DNA of 64,000 nt from assembly GCA_041649135.1 (NCBI GenBank), contig JBAZNQ010000001.1:163037-227036 (forward strand), given 5' to 3'. Positions within the stretch are counted from its first letter, which is position 1; each line of letters begins with the position of its first letter. The notes beneath the pieces were generated by a model. That model was given only the letters and a program-made list of their open reading frames with translations. It was not told the DNA's origin and did no database searches. Shown here piece by piece: positions 10,654-19,903 of the stretch. The translations under genes were made by a program, and so were the position numbers. Origin of the DNA: Patescibacteria group bacterium. GTDB lineage: Bacteria; Patescibacteriota; Kazan-3B-28.

Positions 10654-11912
10654 CTAAATTTGTTATTCAAGGCGGTAAACCATTGAAGGGAAGTGTAAAA
10701 GTTCACGGTGCCAAAAACGCCGTCTTACCGATCATGGCATCAACAATTTTGGCCAATGATATTTTTGTGATCAATAATGTTCCCCAAATTAGTGATGTTG
10801 ATGTCTTGTCTGAAATTTTAAAGGATTTAGGCTCTCTCGTCTCTTGGACTGGTGATCATCAACTTACTATTGATAATACTCATCTTCATTATGCTGAACT
10901 GGATTTTGAAAAAATTCGTAAAATTCGTTCGTCCTTGATGATCGTCGGGCCAATGCTGGCTCGCTTTGGCAAAGCTCGCTTTGTCGAACCGGGTGGTTGT
11001 CAACTTGGTACTCGGTCTATTGATACCCATCTCCATGCGTTTGAAGCACTTGGAGCAAAAGTTGAATTTGATGGCGAACGGTATGAAATTGTTGCTGACC
11101 ATCTCACCGGTACTCGTGTAGTTCTAGATGAAATGAGTGTCACTGGCACCGCCAATGCCGTCATGGCCTCTGTATTAGCCCAAGGTACGACCGAGTGGCA
11201 TCTGATGGCCGCCGAACCGGAGAATATTAATCTCATGAATAATCTAGTGTTAATGGGTGCCAAGATTTCTGGGATTGGCAATCATACTTTGACCATTGAA
11301 GGAATGGGCCAACTTCATGGAGCCACTTTAACCGTAATTCCCGATCGTATGGAGGCTGCCACTTATGCTGTTATCGCCGCAGCCACCCACGGCGAGATAA
11401 CTATCGATGGCTATATTCGAGATCACCAAGACTCTGTCAGTCAACTACTGACACATATTGGCGTAGATCTAGAATTTATCACTTCTACTCAAGTTCGAAT
11501 CAAACCAAATCTCAATCTAAGATCTTTTCGGTTACGGACCGATATTTACCCCGGTTTTCCCACCGATGTTCAAGCTCCTTTTGGCGTACTCGCTACTCAA
11601 TGCCATGGCACAACCGAAATTTTTGAAACTCTCTACGATGCTCGTTTGGGATATATCAAAGATCTTGAATTAATGGGCGGGGATATCGATCTATTGGATA
11701 TTCATCGTGCCAAAATTACCGGTCCCACCAAATTGTGCGGTCAAACAGTTACTTGCCCTGATATTCGCGCCGGTGCTGGGTTACTAATTGCCGCTTTGAT
11801 TGCCGATGGTACTACTACATTAAATAATGCGAACGTTATTAATCGGGGATACACCGCTATCATTGAAACATTAAGTAGTCTGGGTGCTGATATCCGAATC
11901 GTGTCAGACTAG
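10650..11912 (+). CDS. murA: UDP-N-acetylglucosamine 1-carboxyvinyltransferase
   Basis: GAKNAVLP, PGGCQLGTRSIDTH, YPGFPTDVQ, DIRAGAGL. Confidence 0.97.
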   Translation: MTKFVIQGGKPLKGSVKVHGAKNAVLPIMASTILANDIFVINNVPQISDVDVLSEILKDLGSLVSWTGDHQLTIDNTHLHYAELDFEKIRKIRSSLMIVGPMLARFGKARFVEPGGCQLGTRSIDTHLHAFEALGAKVEFDGERYEIVADHLTGTRVVLDEMSVTGTANAVMASVLAQGTTEWHLMAAEPENINLMNNLVLMGAKISGIGNHTLTIEGMGQLHGATLTVIPDRMEAATYAVIAAATHGEITIDGYIRDHQDSVSQLLTHIGVDLEFITSTQVRIKPNLNLRSFRLRTDIYPGFPTDVQAPFGVLATQCHGTTEIFETLYDARLGYIKDLELMGGDIDLLDIHRAKITGPTKLCGQTVTCPDIRAGAGLLIAALIADGTTTLNNANVINRGYTAIIETLSSLGADIRIVSD

Positions 11913-11995
11913 ACAGACAAAATAATTTACGCTAAATTCGAATTGCCAGCCTAGGGGGAATCACCCTGGGTTGAGTTTGTTCTTGGGGTGGATCG

Positions 11996-12130
11996 ATGAG
12001 TTGTAGTCGTAAACCGACGAGAGACGACAAAAGTGCTGATGCCGGAAAGAGCAAGAAGCCGCCAACCATACGCCGTGTCAGCTGTGGCAAGGGTGGGAAG
12101 TACGCCGCAGGCAGAGGCAAGCGTCGTTAA
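11996..12130 (+). CDS. small basic peptide (44 aa, not in ORF track)
   Basis: MSCSRKPTRDDKSADAGKSKKPPTIRRVSCGKGGKYAAGRGKRR; GGGGTGG upstream and a terminator directly after. Confidence 0.4.
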   Translation: MSCSRKPTRDDKSADAGKSKKPPTIRRVSCGKGGKYAAGRGKRR

Positions 12131-12149
12131 CTACTCGTTCTTCCTCAAG

Positions 12150-12179
12150 AGGGCAGCCCAATGGGCTGCCCTTCTTTTT
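12150..12179 (+). terminator. intrinsic terminator
   Basis: GGGCAGCCCA/TGGGCTGCCC stem then TTCTTTTT. Confidence 0.75.
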
Positions 12180-12308
12180 CGCTCTGGGAGACAATTCTAA
12201 TCGATCTACCCTGTTGCCAATTTGTCCACATCTGATAATCTCCTTGTCATAGGAGAAGCCCACCTGTACAATACCATTGTAGTTATAGCACTTAAAAAAG
12301 GAGTCCTC

Positions 12309-12506
12309 ATGGCTTTCAGCTACAAGAACAAAAAAGGTTCAACATATTTCTTGCACTCAAAAGAAGTCACCCTTAAGGGTGGTCGCAAACAACGGATTTA
12401 TTACTTCGGTAAAGAGGTCAAGGCCGGTGCCTGTGACGCCGTCCCAGCTGGTTACAAAGTTAAGGAAAGTGCCCGGACTGGTTTGCCAATTTTGTACAAA
12501 GGATAA
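12309..12506 (+). CDS. small basic conserved hypothetical protein
   Basis: MAFSYKNKKGSTYFLHSKEVTLKGGRKQRIYYF..RTGLPIL; AGGAG RBS; Lys-rich. Confidence 0.8.
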   Translation: MAFSYKNKKGSTYFLHSKEVTLKGGRKQRIYYFGKEVKAGACDAVPAGYKVKESARTGLPILYKG

Positions 12507-12684
12507 TTACCCCTTTGTCATGCTGAACTTGCCTGCTCGGCCAGGGTTTCAGCGCCTAACCGTCTATTTTAAAAAACACTCGCTCGTAAGGGCGGGTGTT
12601 TTTATGTACTTGACCAACAAACAAAACAGTAGCTAGAATGAGCCATCTTAGATTTGCACCTGAACAAGATTGGAGGTTAACTCT

Positions 12685-13152
12685 ATGGGCTACAAAGATG
12701 GTGAACCGATCATCGGTTCCAACAATCGGAGTGAATCAACTCCGGCAGGCTGGCACTTTCCCAGCACCGAGTTCACACTCGCAGAACTTAATCCCAAATC
12801 CGTCAGATTCGTTGGCACACCTTCGCCTCATTGCCGTCCCACCCTGCTAGTTCAGCATTTTCACAGTAACGGCGATCAGGCAAGTTGGCGTGTAAGCTAT
12901 CGAGCAGAATGGGCACCCTGTTGTGAAATCTCGATTGTGGTTATTATGACCACCAACGAACTCCGTTGTGCCTTCACAGAGGCAAAGAGTAATTATGGTA
13001 GCGATTGGGTATTTCAGCGATCAGATGATTGTCTATCGATACCCACTCACGATCATGGTGTCAACATTCTGTTAACTGCCGAGATTTGCGAAGCAATCGA
13101 GAAATTCTTAGCGCAAAACGCTAAGTCACCCGCTGTGTCTCAAGGAGAGTAA
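12685..13152 (+). CDS. hypothetical protein
   Basis: GGAGG RBS before ATG 12685; TTGACC..TAGAAT promoter-like sequence upstream. Confidence 0.6.
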   Translation: MGYKDGEPIIGSNNRSESTPAGWHFPSTEFTLAELNPKSVRFVGTPSPHCRPTLLVQHFHSNGDQASWRVSYRAEWAPCCEISIVVIMTTNELRCAFTEAKSNYGSDWVFQRSDDCLSIPTHDHGVNILLTAEICEAIEKFLAQNAKSPAVSQGE

Positions 13153-13155
13153 CAA

Positions 13156-13779
13156 ATGTCCATCGAAACCATCCTGAACCTAGTCGTCTTATGTGTCATC
13201 GTAGCGATTGGCGCTATTGCAACCATCGCCATCATCGCCCGTATACGACGGCATGGTCAGCAAACGTCCTATAACTCCATGGCAGGCGGTATTGCCACAT
13301 GGCTAGCATCCGATTCCCATTTGCTTGTCCATATGGCAGAGTTTTCGCGAGCCACGTTAACTGACGAGCTGCTCCAGAGCCTTCGTCAGCACGAACCATG
13401 GATCATCAACGCAGTACAGGCTGGCACCACCTATCTCGCCGGTGGCCAATCGTTTTATCTGATTTGTCTCTACGACCAGAACCAGTCCGACATCTGCAAA
13501 ATCGAAGATGGTGATACGCACATTGCATTAAAAGAATGCTTGTGCCGGCTGCTATTCGCCTTTTTCCCTGCTAAATCCGCTGGCCAGAACGAAGACGCTT
13601 GGCTCGATTGGGCACGCACACATTTCGAGCTGTTCTTGATACCTCTTAACGAGGATCTGTCGGTTCGAGACAGCTGCTTCAACTTGAAGCACGCTCGTAA
13701 CTTGCCTGGTTCACTGGAGATCTGGATTGCCGAGGACATGCCGCTGAACAAACCGCTGCACACGCCTAACCCCGAGTAG
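13156..13779 (+). CDS. hypothetical membrane-anchored protein
   Basis: N-terminal TM, AGGAG RBS, terminator at 13797-13823. Confidence 0.65.
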   Translation: MSIETILNLVVLCVIVAIGAIATIAIIARIRRHGQQTSYNSMAGGIATWLASDSHLLVHMAEFSRATLTDELLQSLRQHEPWIINAVQAGTTYLAGGQSFYLICLYDQNQSDICKIEDGDTHIALKECLCRLLFAFFPAKSAGQNEDAWLDWARTHFELFLIPLNEDLSVRDSCFNLKHARNLPGSLEIWIAEDMPLNKPLHTPNPE

Positions 13780-13796
13780 GTCTGACCATCTTTCTA

Positions 13797-13823
13797 AAGC
13801 CGCTCCTAACCAGAGCGGCTTTT
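13797..13823 (+). terminator. intrinsic terminator
   Basis: AAGCCGCTC/GAGCGGCTT plus T run. Confidence 0.7.
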
Positions 13824-13867
13824 CATATGGATTTATAAATACCTAGGGCAAGCCCAATAGTTTTGTC

Positions 13868-13960
13868 TTGGTAGCCCTAGTGGGACAGAATTGGAACCAA
13901 CTAATGGGGGAGATTAGGGCTTTAATGGATCTCTCAAAAGAGATCAGTTATGCCAGCTAG
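13868..13960 (+). other. att site plus displaced 3' end of the recombinase gene
   Basis: Open frame from the core: LVALVGQNWNQLMGEIRALMDLSKEISYAS*, in the same phase as the core inside the recombinase ORF. Confidence 0.7.
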
Positions 13961-14063
13961 GAGCGACTACCACATGGGATTAGAACCGGCGACATCCGCT
14001 ATTGTGACAGGTTTGGAGTGGACCTAGAATAATACTATTGATAGTCGTGTATAAAATAAGGGC

Positions 14064-14107
14064 TTGACAAATAATGTACATATGATATATCCTGATCAAG
14101 GATATAT
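14064..14107 (+). promoter_or_regulatory. sigma70 promoter with overlapping inverted-repeat operator
   Basis: TTGACA 14064-14069; ATATATCCT-N5-AGGATATAT (14085-14107) covers the -10/start region. Confidence 0.6.
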
Positions 14108-14125
14108 TAATAACAGATTTAAGGT

Positions 14126-14344
14126 ATGGAGCCGAGTAAGCGAGAAAGGTTTAAAAAACTAGCTGTTTATCGGACAAATGAAGTTCTTAAACGGTTAAAG
14201 GTTCTTGGTAACTGCTCAAACCGCAGTGCTTATGAATATACCGAGGACGAAATAAACAAAATTTTTTCAGAGATCGAACGGAAGGTGAGAGAGACAAAAT
14301 CTAAATTTCACTTCCCCAAAAGTCATGGTGGTTTTAAATTGTGA
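14126..14344 (+). CDS. small helical protein, possible operon regulator
   Basis: 72 aa, RERFKKLA..RTNEVLKRLKVLGN.SNRS.YEYTEDEINKIF; first gene of the island operon. Confidence 0.75.
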   Translation: MEPSKRERFKKLAVYRTNEVLKRLKVLGNCSNRSAYEYTEDEINKIFSEIERKVRETKSKFHFPKSHGGFKL

Positions 14345-14353
14345 GGATTAAAT

Positions 14354-16027
14354 ATGAATCAAATACTTTCGTCTATTCCAATCGTCATTAAAGATCAACA
14401 TACTCTTTTGAATCGCATAGCAGAGGGGTACCAGTCAATTGAGAAAGTGTTGATGGAGTACATCGACAACTCGCTCGATAGTGCTGAAATCATTTTTGAT
14501 GAAGATACTAAACGGTATGGCCGTGATATATCCATAACGGTTGCTATTGATCGCAAGAACAACACTGTCAGCATAAGAGACAACTGTGAGGGCATGGACA
14601 AGATTACAGTTGGTGGTTTGGCTAATAAGGTGAATGAGTCCGGCAAACCTGCACAAGCTCGTGCTTGGGTGACGGGACGGTTTGGATTGGGTATTCATGC
14701 TTTTCGACTAGTGGCGCAAGCATTGGAGGTTACATCGCAATGTAAAGGCGCAGAGCCAACAGCTATCGTTATCGATAAAGACAGGCGAGAAGCAGAACTT
14801 TTTAAGCCGACCGCAGTAGGGCTAACACCGAGCGGAACACTGGTGCAGTTGTGTGGTGTGGAAAAAACTAGACTCAAACATTTAAACCCAGTTGAGTTGG
14901 CGAAAGAAATTGAAATATATTTTGAAGGCTTTTTGTGGCGAAACTTGAAAATTATTGTTGTAGACGGAGACACCTCTTACGCGTGCGAACCCTATGATTA
15001 TGAAAAATTAAAGGGGATCGAAATCAATGAGGTTATTACCACTTGGAATGCTGGCAAAACTCGTATTATTAAGCCAACCGAGAGAGGGATTATAGTTCAT
15101 CTAAAGATTTGTACCGAAGAAGGTAACAATAGAGCCCCTTACTTTGCTTGCAAGGGTAGGAGAATTAGTTATATTCCACAGCTTGATTCATTTATTGCTA
15201 AAACCGAACATCGCAGGAAAGTTTGGGGGCATCACCTATTGACTGGCTATATTGAAGTCCAAGACAATCTTGAGCCAGTTATTACCCGTGATGACTTTGC
15301 GGGAGGGACGGGAAGACAGCAGAACCGAACAGGTATCTATGAGGAGGTTGTTAAGCTGGAAGACAAAATTCATGATGCCATTGAGGCAGTGAACAACAGT
15401 AAGAGCGATGAGAGTTTTCGCAACCTTGCGTCCCGCTTAACAGACATTCTTTCCGATCTAGCGAAAGAGGAGGAGCTTAATTTAAGGTATCAACAGAACG
15501 GTGACAAAAATAAAAAAGGGGAGAAGGAACCCATTACGCCAGATCCGAATGGTTTAGATTACAAGGTTGATAAAAAAATAATTTACGATGGCCCCGGTCC
15601 CATCCATCCCAACCCACATAAGGAAATTATTAATGCCATCAGTGATCCAGATGGCTCCGTAGAGGGAACTAAAATTGAAAAAGAAAAGCAGGGTATAAGA
15701 ATTGAGTTCAGTCAGTTACCTTCCCCTTTGAGAACCCATTATGGTGATAGTGTAATTACCATATTCGTAAAACATAAAGATTTTCAAGATCGGAAGGGTG
15801 ATACACAGCTTGCGGAGCTAGGATCAATGAAGATTACAGCTAGATTGGCAAACTATTTGGCGGCTATAATTTCTAGTGAGTTCAAAGAAGTCTTTTATCA
15901 ACAGAAACACATAGAACCACCACGTGCCGATATTCTGAACCAGCAAATTGACTTTATCTTTAAGATGGAAGATCGCATGAAAGACTTCATCGATAAACCG
16001 TTACAATCTATAGGGATAATCAAATAA
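14354..16027 (+). CDS. GHKL (Hsp90/MORC-like) ATPase
   Basis: EYIDNSLDS (N-box), IRDNCEGM (G1), GRFGLG (G2), SGTLVQL (G3); no His-kinase H-box. Confidence 0.85.
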   Translation: MNQILSSIPIVIKDQHTLLNRIAEGYQSIEKVLMEYIDNSLDSAEIIFDEDTKRYGRDISITVAIDRKNNTVSIRDNCEGMDKITVGGLANKVNESGKPAQARAWVTGRFGLGIHAFRLVAQALEVTSQCKGAEPTAIVIDKDRREAELFKPTAVGLTPSGTLVQLCGVEKTRLKHLNPVELAKEIEIYFEGFLWRNLKIIVVDGDTSYACEPYDYEKLKGIEINEVITTWNAGKTRIIKPTERGIIVHLKICTEEGNNRAPYFACKGRRISYIPQLDSFIAKTEHRRKVWGHHLLTGYIEVQDNLEPVITRDDFAGGTGRQQNRTGIYEEVVKLEDKIHDAIEAVNNSKSDESFRNLASRLTDILSDLAKEEELNLRYQQNGDKNKKGEKEPITPDPNGLDYKVDKKIIYDGPGPIHPNPHKEIINAISDPDGSVEGTKIEKEKQGIRIEFSQLPSPLRTHYGDSVITIFVKHKDFQDRKGDTQLAELGSMKITARLANYLAAIISSEFKEVFYQQKHIEPPRADILNQQIDFIFKMEDRMKDFIDKPLQSIGIIK

Positions 16028-16029
16028 TT

Positions 16030-16947
16030 ATGTCAGTACCAAACGACAATTTACTTGTGGCATTGATTGATGAGTTAGCTCCTGTTAATAATAAATTCCG
16101 AGCAACTCGTGATGCTGTGTCAAAAATCGAGCTAATGTGGGATTTTGGTGGGATCTTAAGCAAATATCTTAAGAAGAACAATCTAAAGCTCCATGAGTTG
16201 CTCTACAAAATTTACGATCCTTATAGCATGGTGAAGATGAGTTACATCACCCGCGACCTCGGAAGCTATGCATATCGCATTCACCAACACTTTAAAAGTC
16301 GATCAGAAATCAGAGATGTTTTAGATGGGCTGATTAGTTACGGAGTTTTTCGTGAAGCTGTCCCATTGCTTTTCAACCCAAAGTACAAATTATCTGATAC
16401 TCGCAAACAAGAAATATTAAAGATGCTGGTTTCCTCCTCTCTCTCTGTTAGCATAGTGGCCTATCGGTTGAAAACACTTAAAAAACAAATAAACCCAATA
16501 TCGAACCCAAGAAACCAAAGGGCAATGGAGTATCAGAGCGAACATGACTACTTGTTGCGCTTGCACAGGGATCTCAACGTCTTTTACGGTCAAAATCCAA
16601 CATACCCGTCAGCTAAACCAACAGAGGAAAAGTTTGGTAGTAAGGCAAGTAGAGAGGCCTTCGTTGCGGTACTGATGGCCTTATCCAGCGAAGCATTTTT
16701 GGGAGGTATAGACAATATCAATCCATCCGCTCTTGATAAAGAGCGGGCGAATCTATTTGAAATTGTGAACAGCAACTCTCAAAAGAGAGCAAGGTTTCGT
16801 AAATGGAGTGTCGGAACCAACGAATTGCTTAAAATCGCAGAGGCCTTACATTCTCTCAACAGTGAATCCGACTATTTGAGTTACGAATCTAAATTAAGAG
16901 GCGGGGCAATTGGGCCGTATAATAATGGACAAAGGCAACTCGGGTAG
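16030..16947 (+). CDS. hypothetical protein (helical, basic)
   Basis: 305 aa ORF starting 2 nt after the ATPase stop. Confidence 0.75.
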   Translation: MSVPNDNLLVALIDELAPVNNKFRATRDAVSKIELMWDFGGILSKYLKKNNLKLHELLYKIYDPYSMVKMSYITRDLGSYAYRIHQHFKSRSEIRDVLDGLISYGVFREAVPLLFNPKYKLSDTRKQEILKMLVSSSLSVSIVAYRLKTLKKQINPISNPRNQRAMEYQSEHDYLLRLHRDLNVFYGQNPTYPSAKPTEEKFGSKASREAFVAVLMALSSEAFLGGIDNINPSALDKERANLFEIVNSNSQKRARFRKWSVGTNELLKIAEALHSLNSESDYLSYESKLRGGAIGPYNNGQRQLG

Positions 16948-17317
16948 AAAATTATTCGATGGCAAAGATAAATACTCGGTCCTCCAGAAATTAGAGGAAG
17001 CGTTTATACTAGGTGCTACCGATGGAGAAGCTTGTCTGTATGCAGATATTTCAACCTCTGCCCTATATGCTTACCAGAAGCGAAATCCCGCATTTCTGGA
17101 GCGTAAAGAGCTATTAAAACTGAAGCCTGTTCTACGAGCTCGACGAACAGTCGTAAAGGCACTCGAGACCAATCCAGATTTAGCACTCAAGTATTTAGAA
17201 AGAAAAATGCGGATAGAATTCAGCACGGGTCAACGGGTTCAGATCGGTTTGGACAAACATGTCTTAAGTGATGAGGATAAGGACCATCTGGATATCATTC
17301 TACAGTCCAACTCCTAG
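16925..17317 (+). CDS. HTH protein resembling phage terminase small subunit
   Basis: VLQKLEEAFILGATDGEACLYADISTSALYAY..NPAFLER and ALKYLERK..EFS recall TerS-like HTH proteins. Confidence 0.55.
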   Translation: MDKGNSGRKLFDGKDKYSVLQKLEEAFILGATDGEACLYADISTSALYAYQKRNPAFLERKELLKLKPVLRARRTVVKALETNPDLALKYLERKMRIEFSTGQRVQIGLDKHVLSDEDKDHLDIILQSNS

Positions 17318-19146
17318 GACAGCCCATCTTCTTCAGTAGACGAGTCTGGTTGAGTCTCATCTGGATTTTTTAAATTCAAACCAAAGTCCGTATGAAGGTC
17401 ATAACCCACCCGAAACATGTATCGTTCGACGGCCTTTCTGTCTCCATCGGCGTGAAGGTATATTTCGAGCCCTTCCGAATAAACGTCGCTGGCAGAGGCC
17501 ATACCGACGAGTTCTTTGTGTATCCAGTCATCCAAGCGATCATTCAAGAACCCAGCTGTGGTAAATTTATCAGAATGCCCCGCAGCTGTAGCACCCAACT
17601 TAAACAGCATCTTTAATGCTTCCGCAGCCATATCTTTAAAAGATGATGCCACAATGCTCTTTATCGCATTACGAAGGTTTGTGGCAGCAAGATCAGCACC
17701 GCTACGATTACCTACCTTGATGGCTGCAACACCAAACGAATAAAAAATGTAATAAAGCTGGAATACTACATCGGGGAAGTTTGTTATATGCTTGCTTTCT
17801 TCTGGCGTCAGCATCATCAAACGCCTGAAAACAACATCTACTGCATCAAAGTAGATTAGGGGGTACCAGTCTGGATGATTCTGATCATAAATAGCACTAA
17901 TACTAAATAGGGCGGCAAAAAGATTTTGGGTTTGATTTTTGTATTCCCAGTCGTCGGGCATTAGAGGCTCCTCGTGGTAAGACTGTCCAATAAAGAGTTT
18001 CTCGCCGAGCCAACCAATACACACAAACATTTCATCTAACCCATTATCCTTTTCGTTGTGTTGATCCATAATCCGCTCTGCTGTCTTTTCAAAAAGGTTT
18101 ATTACCCTTTTAACGACTACCGGGTGTGAAGTTACCCGAGTTTCGGCGATACGTTTCCAAAAATTAGTTAATACCTTTAGTGAGTCCGTGTTTCCAGAAT
18201 CAACCAACATCTCCGCAATGGACTGGGTGGTGTCCAATATAGATAAAATAACCGAGCCAAGGCCTTGATGTTGTATAACCTCTGCATGAGCATTGAACAT
18301 ATCAATTAAGTGTTCTAGGTAATGAGACAGCAGCCCTCGGTTAGCGTCCCAATTAGGCCATCCCTCGATCTTTTTGCGCACTTTTATAAACCGATCACTA
18401 ATGGCAGTAACTGATTCGAGAAAACGATTATAGGTGACTAGGTCAAGACGCACCAAAGCATCAATAGCAATCTGATTGGCCGACGCAAACGGATCAGTGG
18501 CTTTTTGGGAAATTTTGGTCAAATATGAATACCTTTTCATCTGGCGATCAAAGACCATTGATTGTTCAAGCTCCTCTTCTTGCGCTTTTAACTGTGTTGT
18601 TTCAGTATCCAATACTTCTTCCTGAACCTTGCCCGATTGGTCAAATTGTGCGAGTACAACGCTCATACGCCACATGCGGTTATCCTTGGGGCTAACAATC
18701 CCATATTTTTTATGTAAGAAGCTTTCGATTGCATTCGTAGTTGCCCTCTTGAGACTATCCAAAAGAAACTGACTTGGTTGCAGATATCGAAAATTTCGCA
18801 AAACTGCTCCAAGAAACAATGCAACCGTCCCTCCCAACCCTATCCAAATTAGCACTAGCATCCAACCAGCGCTTACGAGTTCCTGTGTGTGAAAATAGTA
18901 CTGGGGAACAAAATCATATTGCCCCAATGTTAACGAGAGACCGGCAAAAGCAGTCCACCCTAGCAAAACCACACTCAACAGCATAAATATTATGAGAACG
19001 GTGTCTTTCAGTATCAATTGCACTTCTCGATCAGAAAATCTACTGTAAATAATTTGGATGAAAACAAAAAATACAGCGACACAAATCCCGAGTACCGCTA
19101 CTTCGATGCCGAGCAAGCTATTGTAGTAATTTTGTAATCCGGTCAT
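17314..19146 (-). CDS. membrane protein (three N-terminal TMs, DUF2254-like) with large helical soluble domain
   Basis: 610 aa; hydrophobic N-terminal ~120 aa. Confidence 0.7.
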   Translation of the reverse strand: MTGLQNYYNSLLGIEVAVLGICVAVFFVFIQIIYSRFSDREVQLILKDTVLIIFMLLSVVLLGWTAFAGLSLTLGQYDFVPQYYFHTQELVSAGWMLVLIWIGLGGTVALFLGAVLRNFRYLQPSQFLLDSLKRATTNAIESFLHKKYGIVSPKDNRMWRMSVVLAQFDQSGKVQEEVLDTETTQLKAQEEELEQSMVFDRQMKRYSYLTKISQKATDPFASANQIAIDALVRLDLVTYNRFLESVTAISDRFIKVRKKIEGWPNWDANRGLLSHYLEHLIDMFNAHAEVIQHQGLGSVILSILDTTQSIAEMLVDSGNTDSLKVLTNFWKRIAETRVTSHPVVVKRVINLFEKTAERIMDQHNEKDNGLDEMFVCIGWLGEKLFIGQSYHEEPLMPDDWEYKNQTQNLFAALFSISAIYDQNHPDWYPLIYFDAVDVVFRRLMMLTPEESKHITNFPDVVFQLYYIFYSFGVAAIKVGNRSGADLAATNLRNAIKSIVASSFKDMAAEALKMLFKLGATAAGHSDKFTTAGFLNDRLDDWIHKELVGMASASDVYSEGLEIYLHADGDRKAVERYMFRVGYDLHTDFGLNLKNPDETQPDSSTEEDGLS

Positions 19147-19284
19147 TGGTTATGGAGTTATTTACGCAAAGAGCGGGTTGCCCCCGCTACATCTATTTTA
19201 CCACCAGTTGACCTAGTCGACCCCTAATAATGGCCGGTATCAATAGTGCCCTCTTGGCAAGGAATACCTCTGTGCTAATATGGA

Positions 19285-19434
19285 GGCGTTCACCCACAAC
19301 TTAATAAAACCGAAGAACTTTTCTATATGAAGAGATTCGTCATGGATAAAGGCGGGCAGATGCTCGGCGTCCATGACGATCTACTCTTCGGAGCAAGAGG
19401 TTGTGGGTGAACCGCTAGAGGTCTGCCCACTTTT
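19285..19434 (+). ncRNA. candidate structured RNA with pseudoknot
   Basis: Nested stems 19288-19300/19400-19412 (13 bp), 19310-16/19385-91 and 19337-46/19370-79; loop GGGCAGAT complementary to GTCTGCCC 19421-28; TG-N-TAATAT promoter just upstream. Confidence 0.65.
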
Positions 19435-19536
19435 GATATGAATTTATATCTACCCCCTCGCCCCAATCTTCCTTATAACAAAAACCGCAACAAGGCCACT
19501 TTAAAGTTCCCCTTTACACGTGAGGAGCTGACAAAG

Positions 19537-19773
19537 ATGGCCAAAAAGGAGAGTTTCTTTGAAGAGAAAAGACTAGGAGAGTTTATGCGGTTTGGAGAAA
19601 TGTTTCTTTTGGGTAATCTCTGGGCGATGATGTGGGTTGGTGGGTTCGGCGTCAACGGCATTTCGATAGGCGTAATCGTGGGAGGTTGGTTAATTGGAGG
19701 AATGGCAGCCATATCTTGGGGTCGCAAAATAGATCGACTTAAAAAGGGTGACTGGAAATCTTTATGGCCCTAG
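19537..19773 (+). CDS. small membrane protein (78 aa, two TMs)
   Basis: GAGGAG RBS before ATG 19537; two Gly-rich hydrophobic segments. Confidence 0.6.
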   Translation: MAKKESFFEEKRLGEFMRFGEMFLLGNLWAMMWVGGFGVNGISIGVIVGGWLIGGMAAISWGRKIDRLKKGDWKSLWP

Positions 19774-19903
19774 AATAGTTATCCATATTGACGCCTATTG
19801 AAATATTGATAGACTGAATGTACAAGTAGCTGGCCTTTGGGCCATTCGACATATCGCTGACGGCACAGTTAGTTTTTAGAAAAATGACGGCAATTATTTT
19901 GTA

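Noticed and set aside
14354-16027. Histidine kinase, GyrB, MutL or HtpG
   Set aside because: It has GHKL boxes but no H-box, TOPRIM domain or MutL/HtpG-specific signatures.
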